DNA from: an uncultured Chitinophagales bacterium
GTDB lineage: Bacteria; Bacteroidota; Ignavibacteria; UBA10030; UBA6906
Assembly (NCBI GenBank): GCA_964495695.1
Contig: CAZBWR010000004.1
Coordinates: 39,006-103,005 of the forward strand
Direction: 5' to 3'
DNA length: 64,000 nucleotides
Shown: piece after piece, positions 9,498 through 18,038 of the stretch
Position numbering within the stretch: the first letter of the stretch is position 1
Layout of the letters: every line of letters starts with the position of its first letter
Notes under the pieces: model-generated
The model's database searches: none
What the model saw: the letters and a program-made list of their open reading frames with translations, nothing else
What the model was told of the DNA's origin: nothing
Position numbers and translations under genes: made by a program

Positions 9498-10601
9498 ATG
9501 ACGAAGAAAACTCTCGCAATAGCGTTCATCACCCTTTGTGTTATCGGCGAAGTGTTTGGTGGGGCAAGGATCAAGGACCTTGCATACTTGCAGGGAATCC
9601 GTGGCAAGCAACTAATAGGTTACGGGTTGGTTGTGGGATTGAACGGAACTGGAGACACGCAGCGCTCCACATTTACACTCCAATCCGTTACCAGCATGCT
9701 GAAGCGGTTTGGTATTACTGTGCCTCAAGCAGACTTGAGGCTCCGGAACGTTGCGGCCGTTATGGTCACTGCCACTGTTCCCGGATTTGCGAAGGAAGGC
9801 GGAGTGATCGATGTTACTGTCTCATCCATGGGCGACGCAACTAATCTGTCTGGCGGGACATTGCTCTTGACGCCACTCTCTGGAATCGAAGGGGCTGTCT
9901 ACGCAATGAGCCAGGGGCCGATTTCGGTAGGCGGAATGAGTGTACGTCAGAACGGAAATGAAGTCCGGCGTAACCACACCGCGGCAGGGCGGATTCCCGG
10001 CGGAGCGATCCTGGAGCGCTCAGCAGGTAATGATATAAGCAAAGATTCGACAATCTCAGTTGTCTTGACACAGGCGGATTTTACGACTGCGAACCGGATT
10101 GCCGAGCAGATCAATGTGCGTTTCGGGAATCGTATTGCTATCGCAAATGATGGCTCGACAGTGCAGGTTCTCGTGCCGGATCAGTACAGACAAGATGGGC
10201 GCTTGGTCGAGTTTATTTCTGCCGTTGAGTTGCTCGAAGTAAGCCCCGACGTCTCAGCTAAAGTTGTGATCAACGAAAAAACGGGTACTATCGTCGTCGG
10301 TGGCGCTGTCAGTCTTCTCCCTGTGGCGATCTCGCATGGCGGCCTGAACATTGACATTCAATCTTCCCCCGTCATCTCACAACCGAATGCACTCTCGCAA
10401 GGCAAGACGGTCGTGACGCAGTTGACAAGCGTTTCTGCAAACATCGACAGTTCGGTTGTGGTGGCAGTTGACGGGGCGGCGACAGTTCAGGATGTCGCAA
10501 AGGCCCTAAACGCGTTGAAGGTCACATCGCGTGACATTATTGCCATCTTCCAGGCGCTCAGGGAAGCAGGCGCATTGAAAGCAGAACTTATCATTATCTA
10601 A
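9498..10601 (+). CDS. flgI: Flagellar P-ring protein FlgI
   Basis: ORF track starts at 9477; the likely start is MTKK at 9498, after the flgH stop. Signal peptide followed by RIKDLAYLQGIRGKQLIGYGLVVGLNGTGD, a conserved FlgI N-terminus. Confidence 0.85.
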   Translation: MTKKTLAIAFITLCVIGEVFGGARIKDLAYLQGIRGKQLIGYGLVVGLNGTGDTQRSTFTLQSVTSMLKRFGITVPQADLRLRNVAAVMVTATVPGFAKEGGVIDVTVSSMGDATNLSGGTLLLTPLSGIEGAVYAMSQGPISVGGMSVRQNGNEVRRNHTAAGRIPGGAILERSAGNDISKDSTISVVLTQADFTTANRIAEQINVRFGNRIAIANDGSTVQVLVPDQYRQDGRLVEFISAVELLEVSPDVSAKVVINEKTGTIVVGGAVSLLPVAISHGGLNIDIQSSPVISQPNALSQGKTVVTQLTSVSANIDSSVVVAVDGAATVQDVAKALNALKVTSRDIIAIFQALREAGALKAELIII

Positions 10602-10605
10602 TGCC

Positions 10606-11511
10606 ATGGATACGAACACCTCCATACAATCGGCAACGGGTAAGAAACCGCTCAATCCGGCTGAAAAACAGAAGCTTCAGCGGGCTGTCAGGGAGTTCGA
10701 GTCGGTATTTGTCGGCTATATGCTTAAAAGTATGAGGAATACCATCGAAAAAGCCGATAATCCTACTGAGGGATTCGGCGCTGACATGATGGAGGGGCTG
10801 TTTGATGTAGAATTGGCCAAGCATGTCTCAAAGAACGGCAATCTCGGTCTTGCCGACATGCTCTACCAGAAGTTGACGGGTGAAAAGTTGCCAAGGGCGG
10901 TCAGGGCGGCTGAAGTTCAAATGCCTGTTCCGACTGTTCAGGCGACTGGATCTGTAAGGAATATCAGCGATGTAATTGGCAAACAGAATGAACACTCTGC
11001 GCGTGCGGCTGTTCTTCAGCCGGCAAAAAATGCCGCTGAACCTGTTGCCACAAAGGCGGCCACTGTCGAGCCAACTGCAAGGATTGCAAACTCGTTGATG
11101 AAAAGGCTCGAGAGCTTCGACGATTTCATTGCGAAAGCTTCTGAAACTCACGGTGTTGAAAAGAGTCTGATCAAGGCGGTAATCGCAGCGGAGTCGAACG
11201 CCCGGGTCTCCGCCCAATCGCCGAAGAATGCCAAAGGACTAATGCAATTGATCGATTCAACGGCAACGGAAATGGGCGTCCGGAATGTGTGGGATCCCCA
11301 ACAAAATATTATGGGGGGAACGCGGTATCTGAAGCAACTGCTCGATGCGTTTGGCGGCGATGAGGTTTTGGCTCTTGCGTCGTACAATGCCGGTCCGGGC
11401 AACGTACAAAAGTACAGGGGAGTGCCGCCGTTCAAAGAGACACAGGCATATGTGCAGCGTGTGATGAAATTCATGGAATTGTTTGCATCAGGGGAGAACA
11501 CCGATGAGTAA
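10606..11511 (+). CDS. flgJ: FlgJ-like protein: N-terminal rod-binding domain fused to C-terminal SLT-family lytic transglycosylase
   Basis: 301 aa. N-terminus FESVFVGYMLKSMRNT is the FlgJ rod-binding motif. C-terminus has the SLT catalytic region (AESNARVS...GLMQLIDSTA...YNAGPGNV). Confidence 0.7.
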   Translation: MDTNTSIQSATGKKPLNPAEKQKLQRAVREFESVFVGYMLKSMRNTIEKADNPTEGFGADMMEGLFDVELAKHVSKNGNLGLADMLYQKLTGEKLPRAVRAAEVQMPVPTVQATGSVRNISDVIGKQNEHSARAAVLQPAKNAAEPVATKAATVEPTARIANSLMKRLESFDDFIAKASETHGVEKSLIKAVIAAESNARVSAQSPKNAKGLMQLIDSTATEMGVRNVWDPQQNIMGGTRYLKQLLDAFGGDEVLALASYNAGPGNVQKYRGVPPFKETQAYVQRVMKFMELFASGENTDE

Positions 11512-11959
11512 CATACACCATCTCGCAGAGGTGATGATGACGGAAGCCGAATTAACTGAGCGGCTCGTCGACATCATGAAACAGCAACAACAGGCGCTTG
11601 TCAACACGGATGCCATGGCAGTGGCTGAGAGCGTTGATCAGGAGCAGGAACTGCTTCTTCCCATTGAAGGGCTTGAACAGGAACGGCTCCGATTGCTGCG
11701 CGCGGTGTGTGAGGAGAATGGGAGTCCCATTCAGGAAGGGATTCCGGTCAATCTCGCCGACCTCATTCTCACCCTGCCGGCGACTGATCGGGAGATGATT
11801 TCCGCTGCTGGAAGCCGGTTACATCATGCTGTTGAAGAAATGCTGCGCACGAATCAGGCAAATCAATACCTGATTGAACACTCACGCCGGTTTGTGAGAG
11901 AAACATTCCGGATTGTGACGAACGGGTTCTCACGTCAACTCGTCGATCAGAAAATCTAG
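11504..11959 (+). CDS. FlgN-like flagellar export chaperone
   Basis: About 150 aa coiled-coil protein (TERLVDIMKQQQQALVNTDAMAV...LLRAV). ORF track starts at 11483; likely start is MSNIHHL at 11504, overlapping the flgJ stop. Sits immediately before flgK, as flgN does in other genomes. Confidence 0.5.
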   Translation: MSNIHHLAEVMMTEAELTERLVDIMKQQQQALVNTDAMAVAESVDQEQELLLPIEGLEQERLRLLRAVCEENGSPIQEGIPVNLADLILTLPATDREMISAAGSRLHHAVEEMLRTNQANQYLIEHSRRFVRETFRIVTNGFSRQLVDQKI

Positions 11960-11968
11960 GGGGGAACG

Positions 11969-13336
11969 ATGTCGGGTCTGTTTGGAATGCTGGAACTTGG
12001 CCGCCGGGCGCTCTTGTCGCACCGTAACGCCATGAATGTAGCCAGCAATAACATCGCAAATGCGGCAACGCCGGGCTACAGCCGCCAGCACGCGAGCCTC
12101 GTCTCTACGATGCCGCTGCAGAATGCCCAAGGGTTTTTCCTTGGAACGGGCGTTACGGTGGATGCCGTCTACCGCATGCGCGACCGTTTCATCGACCTAC
12201 AGTACCGCCAAGCTCAGGGATCACTCGGCTCGTCGGGACTGAAGCAGAACATTCTGCAACAAGTCGAGGCGGCGTTCAATGAGCCGTCTGATACGGGTTT
12301 GCAAGCAACAATGGCGAAGTTCTTTAACAGCTTTCAGGAACTCGCCACGCATCCTGAGGAACCGGGACCGCGAAACAATGTCATACGTCAGGCGACCGCG
12401 CTTGCGCAGACATTCAACCGGATCAACGCAGACCTCACGTCACAGCAACAGAATCTTGCACAAGACGTCTCAAGCAGAGTCAGCAGGATCAATGATCTGA
12501 CCCGCTCAATTGCCGATTTGAACAACCGGATCGGGTCGGCAAGGAGTGCAGGAAGCCAGCCGAGCGAGCTTCTCGATCAACGAGATATGATGATTGATCA
12601 GCTCTCACGTTTGGTCAATATCACTGCATCGCAGGACAGCCAGGGGAATATGCTGGTCTCAATCGGGGGCATGATGGTGGCCGGGAACGGTAACTCTACT
12701 CCCATACAGGCATCGATGAATGGCGGTGCACTCCGTATAACGTCTGCGGGAGGGCAGGAGGTCCAGGTCACGGGTGGTGAGTTGGGCGGTATTCTTGACA
12801 TGCACAATAACGTCATCCCTTCCCAGCTTTCCCAGCTTGATACGATGGCGAACGCACTGGTCACCAGAATCAATGCCGTTCATTCGGCCGGTTTTGGAAT
12901 CGGGAACCCGCCGCCAACCGGGGTTGCTCTTTTCACCGGAAGAAGCGCTGCGACAATTAGCATTTCGACTCAAGTTCAGTCAAATCCGAATCTCATTGCC
13001 GCATCGGCGGACGGTTCGCCCGGCAACAACCGGAATGCGCTGGAATTGTTTGGCGTGAGCACAGAGCGGCTCATGGACGGAAATACGGCGACGTTATCAC
13101 AATACTACAGCCGCATCGTCAGTTCACTCGGTACCGTTGTGACAACGGTTTCGGGGACGGCGCGGGGTGCCGAAATGGTGCTTGCTCAACTTACTGCCCA
13201 GCGTGAGTCGGTCTCCGGGGTCTCGCTGGATGAGGAGATGACGAATATGATCAGGTTCCAACGCTCCTATGAGGCTGCTGCCCGGGTTATCAGCACAACC
13301 AACGAATTGTTCCAGACCATCCTAAACATGGTGTAA
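11969..13336 (+). CDS. flgK: Flagellar hook-associated protein 1 FlgK
   Basis: 455 aa. N-terminal LSHRNAMNVASNNIANAATPGYSRQ and C-terminal MTNMIRFQRSYEAAARVISTTNELFQTIL are conserved FlgK termini. Confidence 0.8.
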   Translation: MSGLFGMLELGRRALLSHRNAMNVASNNIANAATPGYSRQHASLVSTMPLQNAQGFFLGTGVTVDAVYRMRDRFIDLQYRQAQGSLGSSGLKQNILQQVEAAFNEPSDTGLQATMAKFFNSFQELATHPEEPGPRNNVIRQATALAQTFNRINADLTSQQQNLAQDVSSRVSRINDLTRSIADLNNRIGSARSAGSQPSELLDQRDMMIDQLSRLVNITASQDSQGNMLVSIGGMMVAGNGNSTPIQASMNGGALRITSAGGQEVQVTGGELGGILDMHNNVIPSQLSQLDTMANALVTRINAVHSAGFGIGNPPPTGVALFTGRSAATISISTQVQSNPNLIAASADGSPGNNRNALELFGVSTERLMDGNTATLSQYYSRIVSSLGTVVTTVSGTARGAEMVLAQLTAQRESVSGVSLDEEMTNMIRFQRSYEAAARVISTTNELFQTILNMV

Positions 13337-13337
13337 C

Positions 13338-14225
13338 ATGAGGATTACCGAAAACACGTTTACGCAGAGCTTTCTTCTGAACGTCAACAAGGCACGTCTC
13401 CGCATGAGCCGGTTGCAGAATCAACTAACGACGGGGTCGAAGGTAGGCACTGTTTCGGATGATCCCGAGGCTGCAGGCAGAATATTGCGTCTGAAGAACA
13501 GTGTTGCCCGCAACGAAAAATACCAGGAGAATGTACGTGACGGTGTTGGATTAATGTCTGCGACTGCCAGCAGTCTCGACCGTTTTGCGGACCTTCTTGT
13601 TGAAGCGAAAGAAATTCTCTCCCGTGCGCGCAACGGCGGACGTGAGCCCGATCTTGATACATTTGCCAATCAAATTGATCAGCTGATTACAGACCTTGTT
13701 CACGCCGGAAATGCACAGTTCAACGGCAAATACATCTTCGGCGGTACGGAGACGACCTCCATGCCTTTCATTCTTGCCCCCGATCGCTCGGGAGTCACCG
13801 CGAATCCGAACGGGATTCGAGGGCAGATTGAAATACTGGTCGGGGAGGGACAACTGCAAACCATTAACATCGATGGTGAGACGGCGTTCCAGGGGACACA
13901 GATCTTCGACACGCTGATTCGCATTCGTGATACGATGAGAAACGGACAGCCGCCGACTGCAGCCCAGGTGGATACAGTGAGTGCGCATCTGAACCATGTT
14001 TCCGCTCAAGGAGGCAGGGCAGGGCTGATGTTGACATCATTGGAGATGGCAGACCGGCTTCTTGGAGACCGCGAGGTTCAACTCGCTGCGCTTCTTTCGG
14101 CCGATGCGGATACAGATTATGCCGAGGCCTCCATGCTGCTGAAACGAGAAGAACTGATGCTCGACGCAGCGCTCAGCACAGGCGCCAGGTTGTTTCCGAA
14201 ATCGTTGCTGGATTTCCTGAGATAG
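13338..14225 (+). CDS. flgL: Flagellar hook-associated protein 3 FlgL
   Basis: 295 aa with flagellin-like N- and C-terminal helices; directly follows flgK. Confidence 0.7.
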   Translation: MRITENTFTQSFLLNVNKARLRMSRLQNQLTTGSKVGTVSDDPEAAGRILRLKNSVARNEKYQENVRDGVGLMSATASSLDRFADLLVEAKEILSRARNGGREPDLDTFANQIDQLITDLVHAGNAQFNGKYIFGGTETTSMPFILAPDRSGVTANPNGIRGQIEILVGEGQLQTINIDGETAFQGTQIFDTLIRIRDTMRNGQPPTAAQVDTVSAHLNHVSAQGGRAGLMLTSLEMADRLLGDREVQLAALLSADADTDYAEASMLLKREELMLDAALSTGARLFPKSLLDFLR

Positions 14226-14226
14226 T

Positions 14227-15009
14227 ATGACTACACGGTGGGACTTCGGAACAATATTGGGCTTGCTGCTCGGGTTCGGGGTAGTGTTCGGCTCGTTCAT
14301 GCTGGAAGGCGGGACGGTGACGGCACTTATTCTGCTCCCTGCGATGCTCATTGTTTTCGGGGGAACGTTTGCCACCGCAATCATCGGTAGTTCGGTCGGG
14401 AGTGTTGCCACCATCTTCCAGCTTATCGGGTTGGCGATGCGGCCACCGAGACAGAATTTGCGTGAGTCGATTGATGCCATTGTCCAATATGCAGTGGTCT
14501 CACGGCGTGAAGGGCTCTTTGCCCTCGAGAAATTTGTCGACTCGGCGCCGCACAGATTCTTACGGAAGATTATGCGTCTGGTAATCGACGGCATCGATCC
14601 GCAGAGTCTGCGTGGCCTGGCGGAAACGGAGATCCATTATATCGGCGACCGGCACGAAAAGAATGCTTCCATCTTTCATAAGATGGGAGGCTATTCCCCG
14701 ACGATGGGGATCATCGGAACCGTTATGGGACTTATCGCTACGCTTGCCGCGGCGGGCGAGAGTCCCGACACGCTGATCAGGCATATTGCAAGCGCCTTTA
14801 TCGCAACGCTGTGGGGAGTATTCATGGCGAACCTTGTCTGGTTGCCGGTGTACGACAAGTTGCGGCGCATTCATGACGAGGAGCATCTACATCTTGATCT
14901 GATTCTTGAGGGCGTGCTGAGCATTCAAGCCGGCGAAGTCCCGAACGTGATCAAGGCAAAACTCGAGGCGATGCTTCCGGAACAGGAACGGGAGAGTGTG
15001 ACGGTATAA
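14227..15009 (+). CDS. Flagellar stator channel protein, MotA/PomA family (stator set 1)
   Basis: 260 aa. Four predicted TM helices and a MotA/TolQ/ExbB-type C-terminal region (GIIGTVMGLIATLAAAG). Paired with a downstream MotB-like gene. Confidence 0.75.
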   Translation: MTTRWDFGTILGLLLGFGVVFGSFMLEGGTVTALILLPAMLIVFGGTFATAIIGSSVGSVATIFQLIGLAMRPPRQNLRESIDAIVQYAVVSRREGLFALEKFVDSAPHRFLRKIMRLVIDGIDPQSLRGLAETEIHYIGDRHEKNASIFHKMGGYSPTMGIIGTVMGLIATLAAAGESPDTLIRHIASAFIATLWGVFMANLVWLPVYDKLRRIHDEEHLHLDLILEGVLSIQAGEVPNVIKAKLEAMLPEQERESVTV

Positions 15010-15010
15010 C

Positions 15011-15715
15011 ATGCGGCGGACAAGGGGACAAAAAAAGACTCAGGATCACAGCTCGGAGCGGTGGCTCCTAACGTATGCAGATCTGATAACGCTGCTGCTT
15101 GGTTTGTTTGTGATCCTCTATGCCATGTCACAAGTCGACAGCGGAAAATACTCCCGGGTTGTTCAAGCGCTTGGCGGGATGTTCGGCAATACGGTGATGC
15201 TGGAAGGGGGCAATTCTGTTCTCCCAAACCAGCGGGAAGACATAGAGGCACGGGTGAGAAGCGCAATGTACGAAGACCTTCAAAACCAAATGGTCAGCGT
15301 CTCGCAGGATACACGGGGGGTGGTAGTCCATCTGGCCGAGGAACTTCTTTTTCCGTCAGGGAGCGCGACTCTGAAGGGGGCCTCACTCAGCAGGCTGGAT
15401 TTGTTAGGGGCAGTGTTAAAAACGCTCTCCAATGAACTCCGGATTGAGGGGCATACAGATGATGTACCTATCAGCACAGCCGCTTTTCCGTCGAATTGGC
15501 ACCTTTCTGTGGCCCGTGCAATGACAGTGGGAGACTATTTGATGGGGCGCATAAATCTTGATCCGGAGCGTGTTACCATTGTAGGGTACTCGCAGTATAA
15601 GCCGCTCGAACCGAATACCACCGCCGAAAACAAGGCAAAGAACAGGCGGGTAGATATTGTGATCGTTGCGGGGGGAAGCGAACTTTCAACAGAAGGAAAG
15701 GAAATACATCAATGA
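15011..15715 (+). CDS. Flagellar stator protein, MotB/PomB family with OmpA-like C-terminal peptidoglycan-binding domain (set 1)
   Basis: 234 aa. N-terminal TM plug region WLLTYADLITLLLGLFVILYAMS. C-terminal OmpA-like region RIEGHTDDVPIS...NWHLSVARAMTVGDYL. Confidence 0.75.
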   Translation: MRRTRGQKKTQDHSSERWLLTYADLITLLLGLFVILYAMSQVDSGKYSRVVQALGGMFGNTVMLEGGNSVLPNQREDIEARVRSAMYEDLQNQMVSVSQDTRGVVVHLAEELLFPSGSATLKGASLSRLDLLGAVLKTLSNELRIEGHTDDVPISTAAFPSNWHLSVARAMTVGDYLMGRINLDPERVTIVGYSQYKPLEPNTTAENKAKNRRVDIVIVAGGSELSTEGKEIHQ

Positions 15716-16131
15716 AATGCCTGAACAGACAGTTTGGGGAAGTGGAGTTTGACCAGGACCACGTGTTCACGTTTGCCGAGGGTCTGATTGGCTTCGAGCA
15801 CCTAAGGCGCTTCGTGCTCATAAACGATCAGAATTCCGAACCCTTCAGGTGGCTGGTCTCCATTGAAGACGAGGATGTCTCCCTTCCTGTGATTGATCCG
15901 GAGCTGCTCGTCGACGGATACAACTCAAGTAACGCGTTCAAGGACGGGGACATCGTTGCAGTTGTTGCTTCCCTGAAGGACCCAACCGAGGAATCGACCG
16001 TCAACCTTCGAAGTCCCATCGTCTTTGATGCGGCAACGAGATCCGGGATGCAAATGATCCTTCCCGATGAGAGATTTGCGGTCCAGTATCGGTTCATCGC
16101 TGCGCCGCAAGTGGCGGCAGGAGTCGAGTGA
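15712..16131 (+). CDS. fliW: Flagellar assembly factor FliW (CsrA antagonist)
   Basis: 139 aa. FliW motifs FVLINDQNSEPFRWLVSIED and STVNLRSPIVFDAATRSGMQMIL. Start overlaps the motB-like stop. Confidence 0.75.
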   Translation: MKCLNRQFGEVEFDQDHVFTFAEGLIGFEHLRRFVLINDQNSEPFRWLVSIEDEDVSLPVIDPELLVDGYNSSNAFKDGDIVAVVASLKDPTEESTVNLRSPIVFDAATRSGMQMILPDERFAVQYRFIAAPQVAAGVE

Positions 16132-16379
16132 TGCTGATTTTGACAAGGAAACTGAACGAAGCAATCCAGATCGGTGACAACGTCAGACTGAAGATCCTGC
16201 ACATTGGCGACAGCCAGGTCAAGATCGGGATAGAAGCTCCGACGGATATCAGAATTTTCAGAGCGGAGATTTATACTGAAACAAAGACACAGAACTCGCT
16301 CGCCGCACAGGTAAACAAGAGTGATGTGGTGAAGGCTGCGGGAATGCTGTCGAAGACAACGAAAACGAGTGCCCAGTGA
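16128..16379 (+). CDS. csrA: Carbon storage regulator CsrA
   Basis: 83 aa. MLILTRKLNEAIQIGDNVRLKILHIGDSQVKIGIEAPTDIRIFRAEIY is a canonical CsrA. Start overlaps the fliW stop. Confidence 0.85.
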   Translation: MMLILTRKLNEAIQIGDNVRLKILHIGDSQVKIGIEAPTDIRIFRAEIYTETKTQNSLAAQVNKSDVVKAAGMLSKTTKTSAQ

Positions 16380-16398
16380 CCATTAAGGGATAGCTGCC

Positions 16399-17262
16399 AT
16401 GTTTGTGATCATAGGAATTATTGTTGTGATAGTAGCTGTGCTCGGAGGCTACATGAGTCATGGCGGTCCGCTTGCTGTGCTGGTTCAACCGTCTGAGTTC
16501 ATCATCATTGGCGGTGCCGCTCTCGGTGCATTGCTCGTGCAAACTCCTATGCCTGTATTGAAGCAGCTGGGCGGACGGATGGCATCTCTTTTGAAAGGAG
16601 ATCCCTTCTCGAAAACCGAGTACCTGAATCTGCTCAAAACCATGTTTGAGCTTTTCAATGCGGCGACACGTGACGGTCTCATCGCAATAGAGCAGCATAT
16701 CGAGAAGCCTGAGTCAAGCAGCATATTCACGAAGAATAAGTTCCTTACGCACCACAAGCACGCTCTCTACTATCTTGCCGACACGATGAAACTGTTGATG
16801 GGCGGGGGAGTTCCCGCGCACGATTTGGAGGCAATGCTCGAAGCCGATATCGAGACGCATCACCAGGAGGCGGGCGCTGCCAGCAGCATGATCCAGAAAG
16901 TGGCAGACGCCCTACCCGGGCTCGGCATTGTTGCTGCCGTTCTCGGTATTGTCATTACGATGCAGGCGATTGAAGGACCTCCAACCGAGATTGGGCACAA
17001 AGTGGCGGCGGCTCTCGTCGGAACATTCCTTGGCGTATTACTTTCTTACGGATTCGTCGGGCCGATTGCGACCCACATGGAATTGATGACCCAGTCCGAG
17101 TCCCGTTACCTGGAATGCATCAAAGCGGCGATTGTCGCGTATGCGAAAGGCAATGCCCCGATCATTGTCGTGGAGTTCGCCCGCCGCGTCATTACAAGTG
17201 ATGTCCGTCCGACGTTCACCGAATTGGAACAGGCGATCAAAGCCATCAAGAATGCTTCCTAG
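16399..17262 (+). CDS. motA: Flagellar motor stator protein MotA (set 2)
   Basis: 287 aa; typical MotA length. N-terminus MFVIIGIIVVIVAVLGGYM...FIIIGGAALGALLVQTP and conserved C-terminal cytoplasmic region. Confidence 0.8.
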   Translation: MFVIIGIIVVIVAVLGGYMSHGGPLAVLVQPSEFIIIGGAALGALLVQTPMPVLKQLGGRMASLLKGDPFSKTEYLNLLKTMFELFNAATRDGLIAIEQHIEKPESSSIFTKNKFLTHHKHALYYLADTMKLLMGGGVPAHDLEAMLEADIETHHQEAGAASSMIQKVADALPGLGIVAAVLGIVITMQAIEGPPTEIGHKVAAALVGTFLGVLLSYGFVGPIATHMELMTQSESRYLECIKAAIVAYAKGNAPIIVVEFARRVITSDVRPTFTELEQAIKAIKNAS

Positions 17263-17271
17263 TGCACGACA

Positions 17272-18036
17272 ATGAACCGCCAATCACACGACATACCGGT
17301 CATTATCAAACGGAAGAAGCACCGCGGACACGCGCATCATGGCGGGGCCTGGAAGGTGGCCTATGCCGACTTTGTCACAGCAATGATGGCGTTGTTCATT
17401 GTGCTATGGATAGTGGGGCAAAGCAAACAGGTCAAGCAATACGTTGCACACTACTTCAAGGATCCGGGAGCCTTCTTTGAGAACACCAAAGGGGGCGGTA
17501 TGTTTGCCGGCAACAGCATCGTGAACTCGGCTCAACAGGTTGAGGAGAATCTTCTGCGTGAATCAAAGAAACTCGCCGAGGTTGCGGGTTCCATCCTCAG
17601 GCAAGTGGAAAAAGACAGCACGTTGCGGGGCCTCATGAACCAGATGTCGATGGAGATATCCGATGAGGGGCTCAGGATACAATTATGCGAATCATCCGAG
17701 AATGTGTATTTCGATGTCGGGACGGCCCGGTTGAAGCCGGAGGCTGTGCTCGTGCTGACAGCAATAGCCCGGGAAATCGGGAAAGTCGAGAATTCCGTCG
17801 TCATTGAAGGGCACACAGATAGCCGGCCCTATTCGCGGCTGGATGGTTACACGAATTTCGAATTAAGCGCCGACAGGGCCAACGCCGCGCGCCGATTGCT
17901 GATGAGCAGTGGAGCGCGTCCCAGTCAAATCAGTGAAGTGCGAGGATATGCCGACACCCGGTTAAGGGACAAGAACAGGCCGTTTGACGATTCGAACAGA
18001 AGGATCAGTATCCTTGTAAAATTTGAGGGGATGTAA
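17272..18036 (+). CDS. motB: Flagellar motor stator protein MotB (set 2)
   Basis: 254 aa. TM/plug region WKVAYADFVTAMMALFIVLWIV. OmpA-like C-terminus IEGHTDSRPY...ELSADRANAARRLL. Confidence 0.8.
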   Translation: MNRQSHDIPVIIKRKKHRGHAHHGGAWKVAYADFVTAMMALFIVLWIVGQSKQVKQYVAHYFKDPGAFFENTKGGGMFAGNSIVNSAQQVEENLLRESKKLAEVAGSILRQVEKDSTLRGLMNQMSMEISDEGLRIQLCESSENVYFDVGTARLKPEAVLVLTAIAREIGKVENSVVIEGHTDSRPYSRLDGYTNFELSADRANAARRLLMSSGARPSQISEVRGYADTRLRDKNRPFDDSNRRISILVKFEGM

Positions 18037-18038
18037 GT

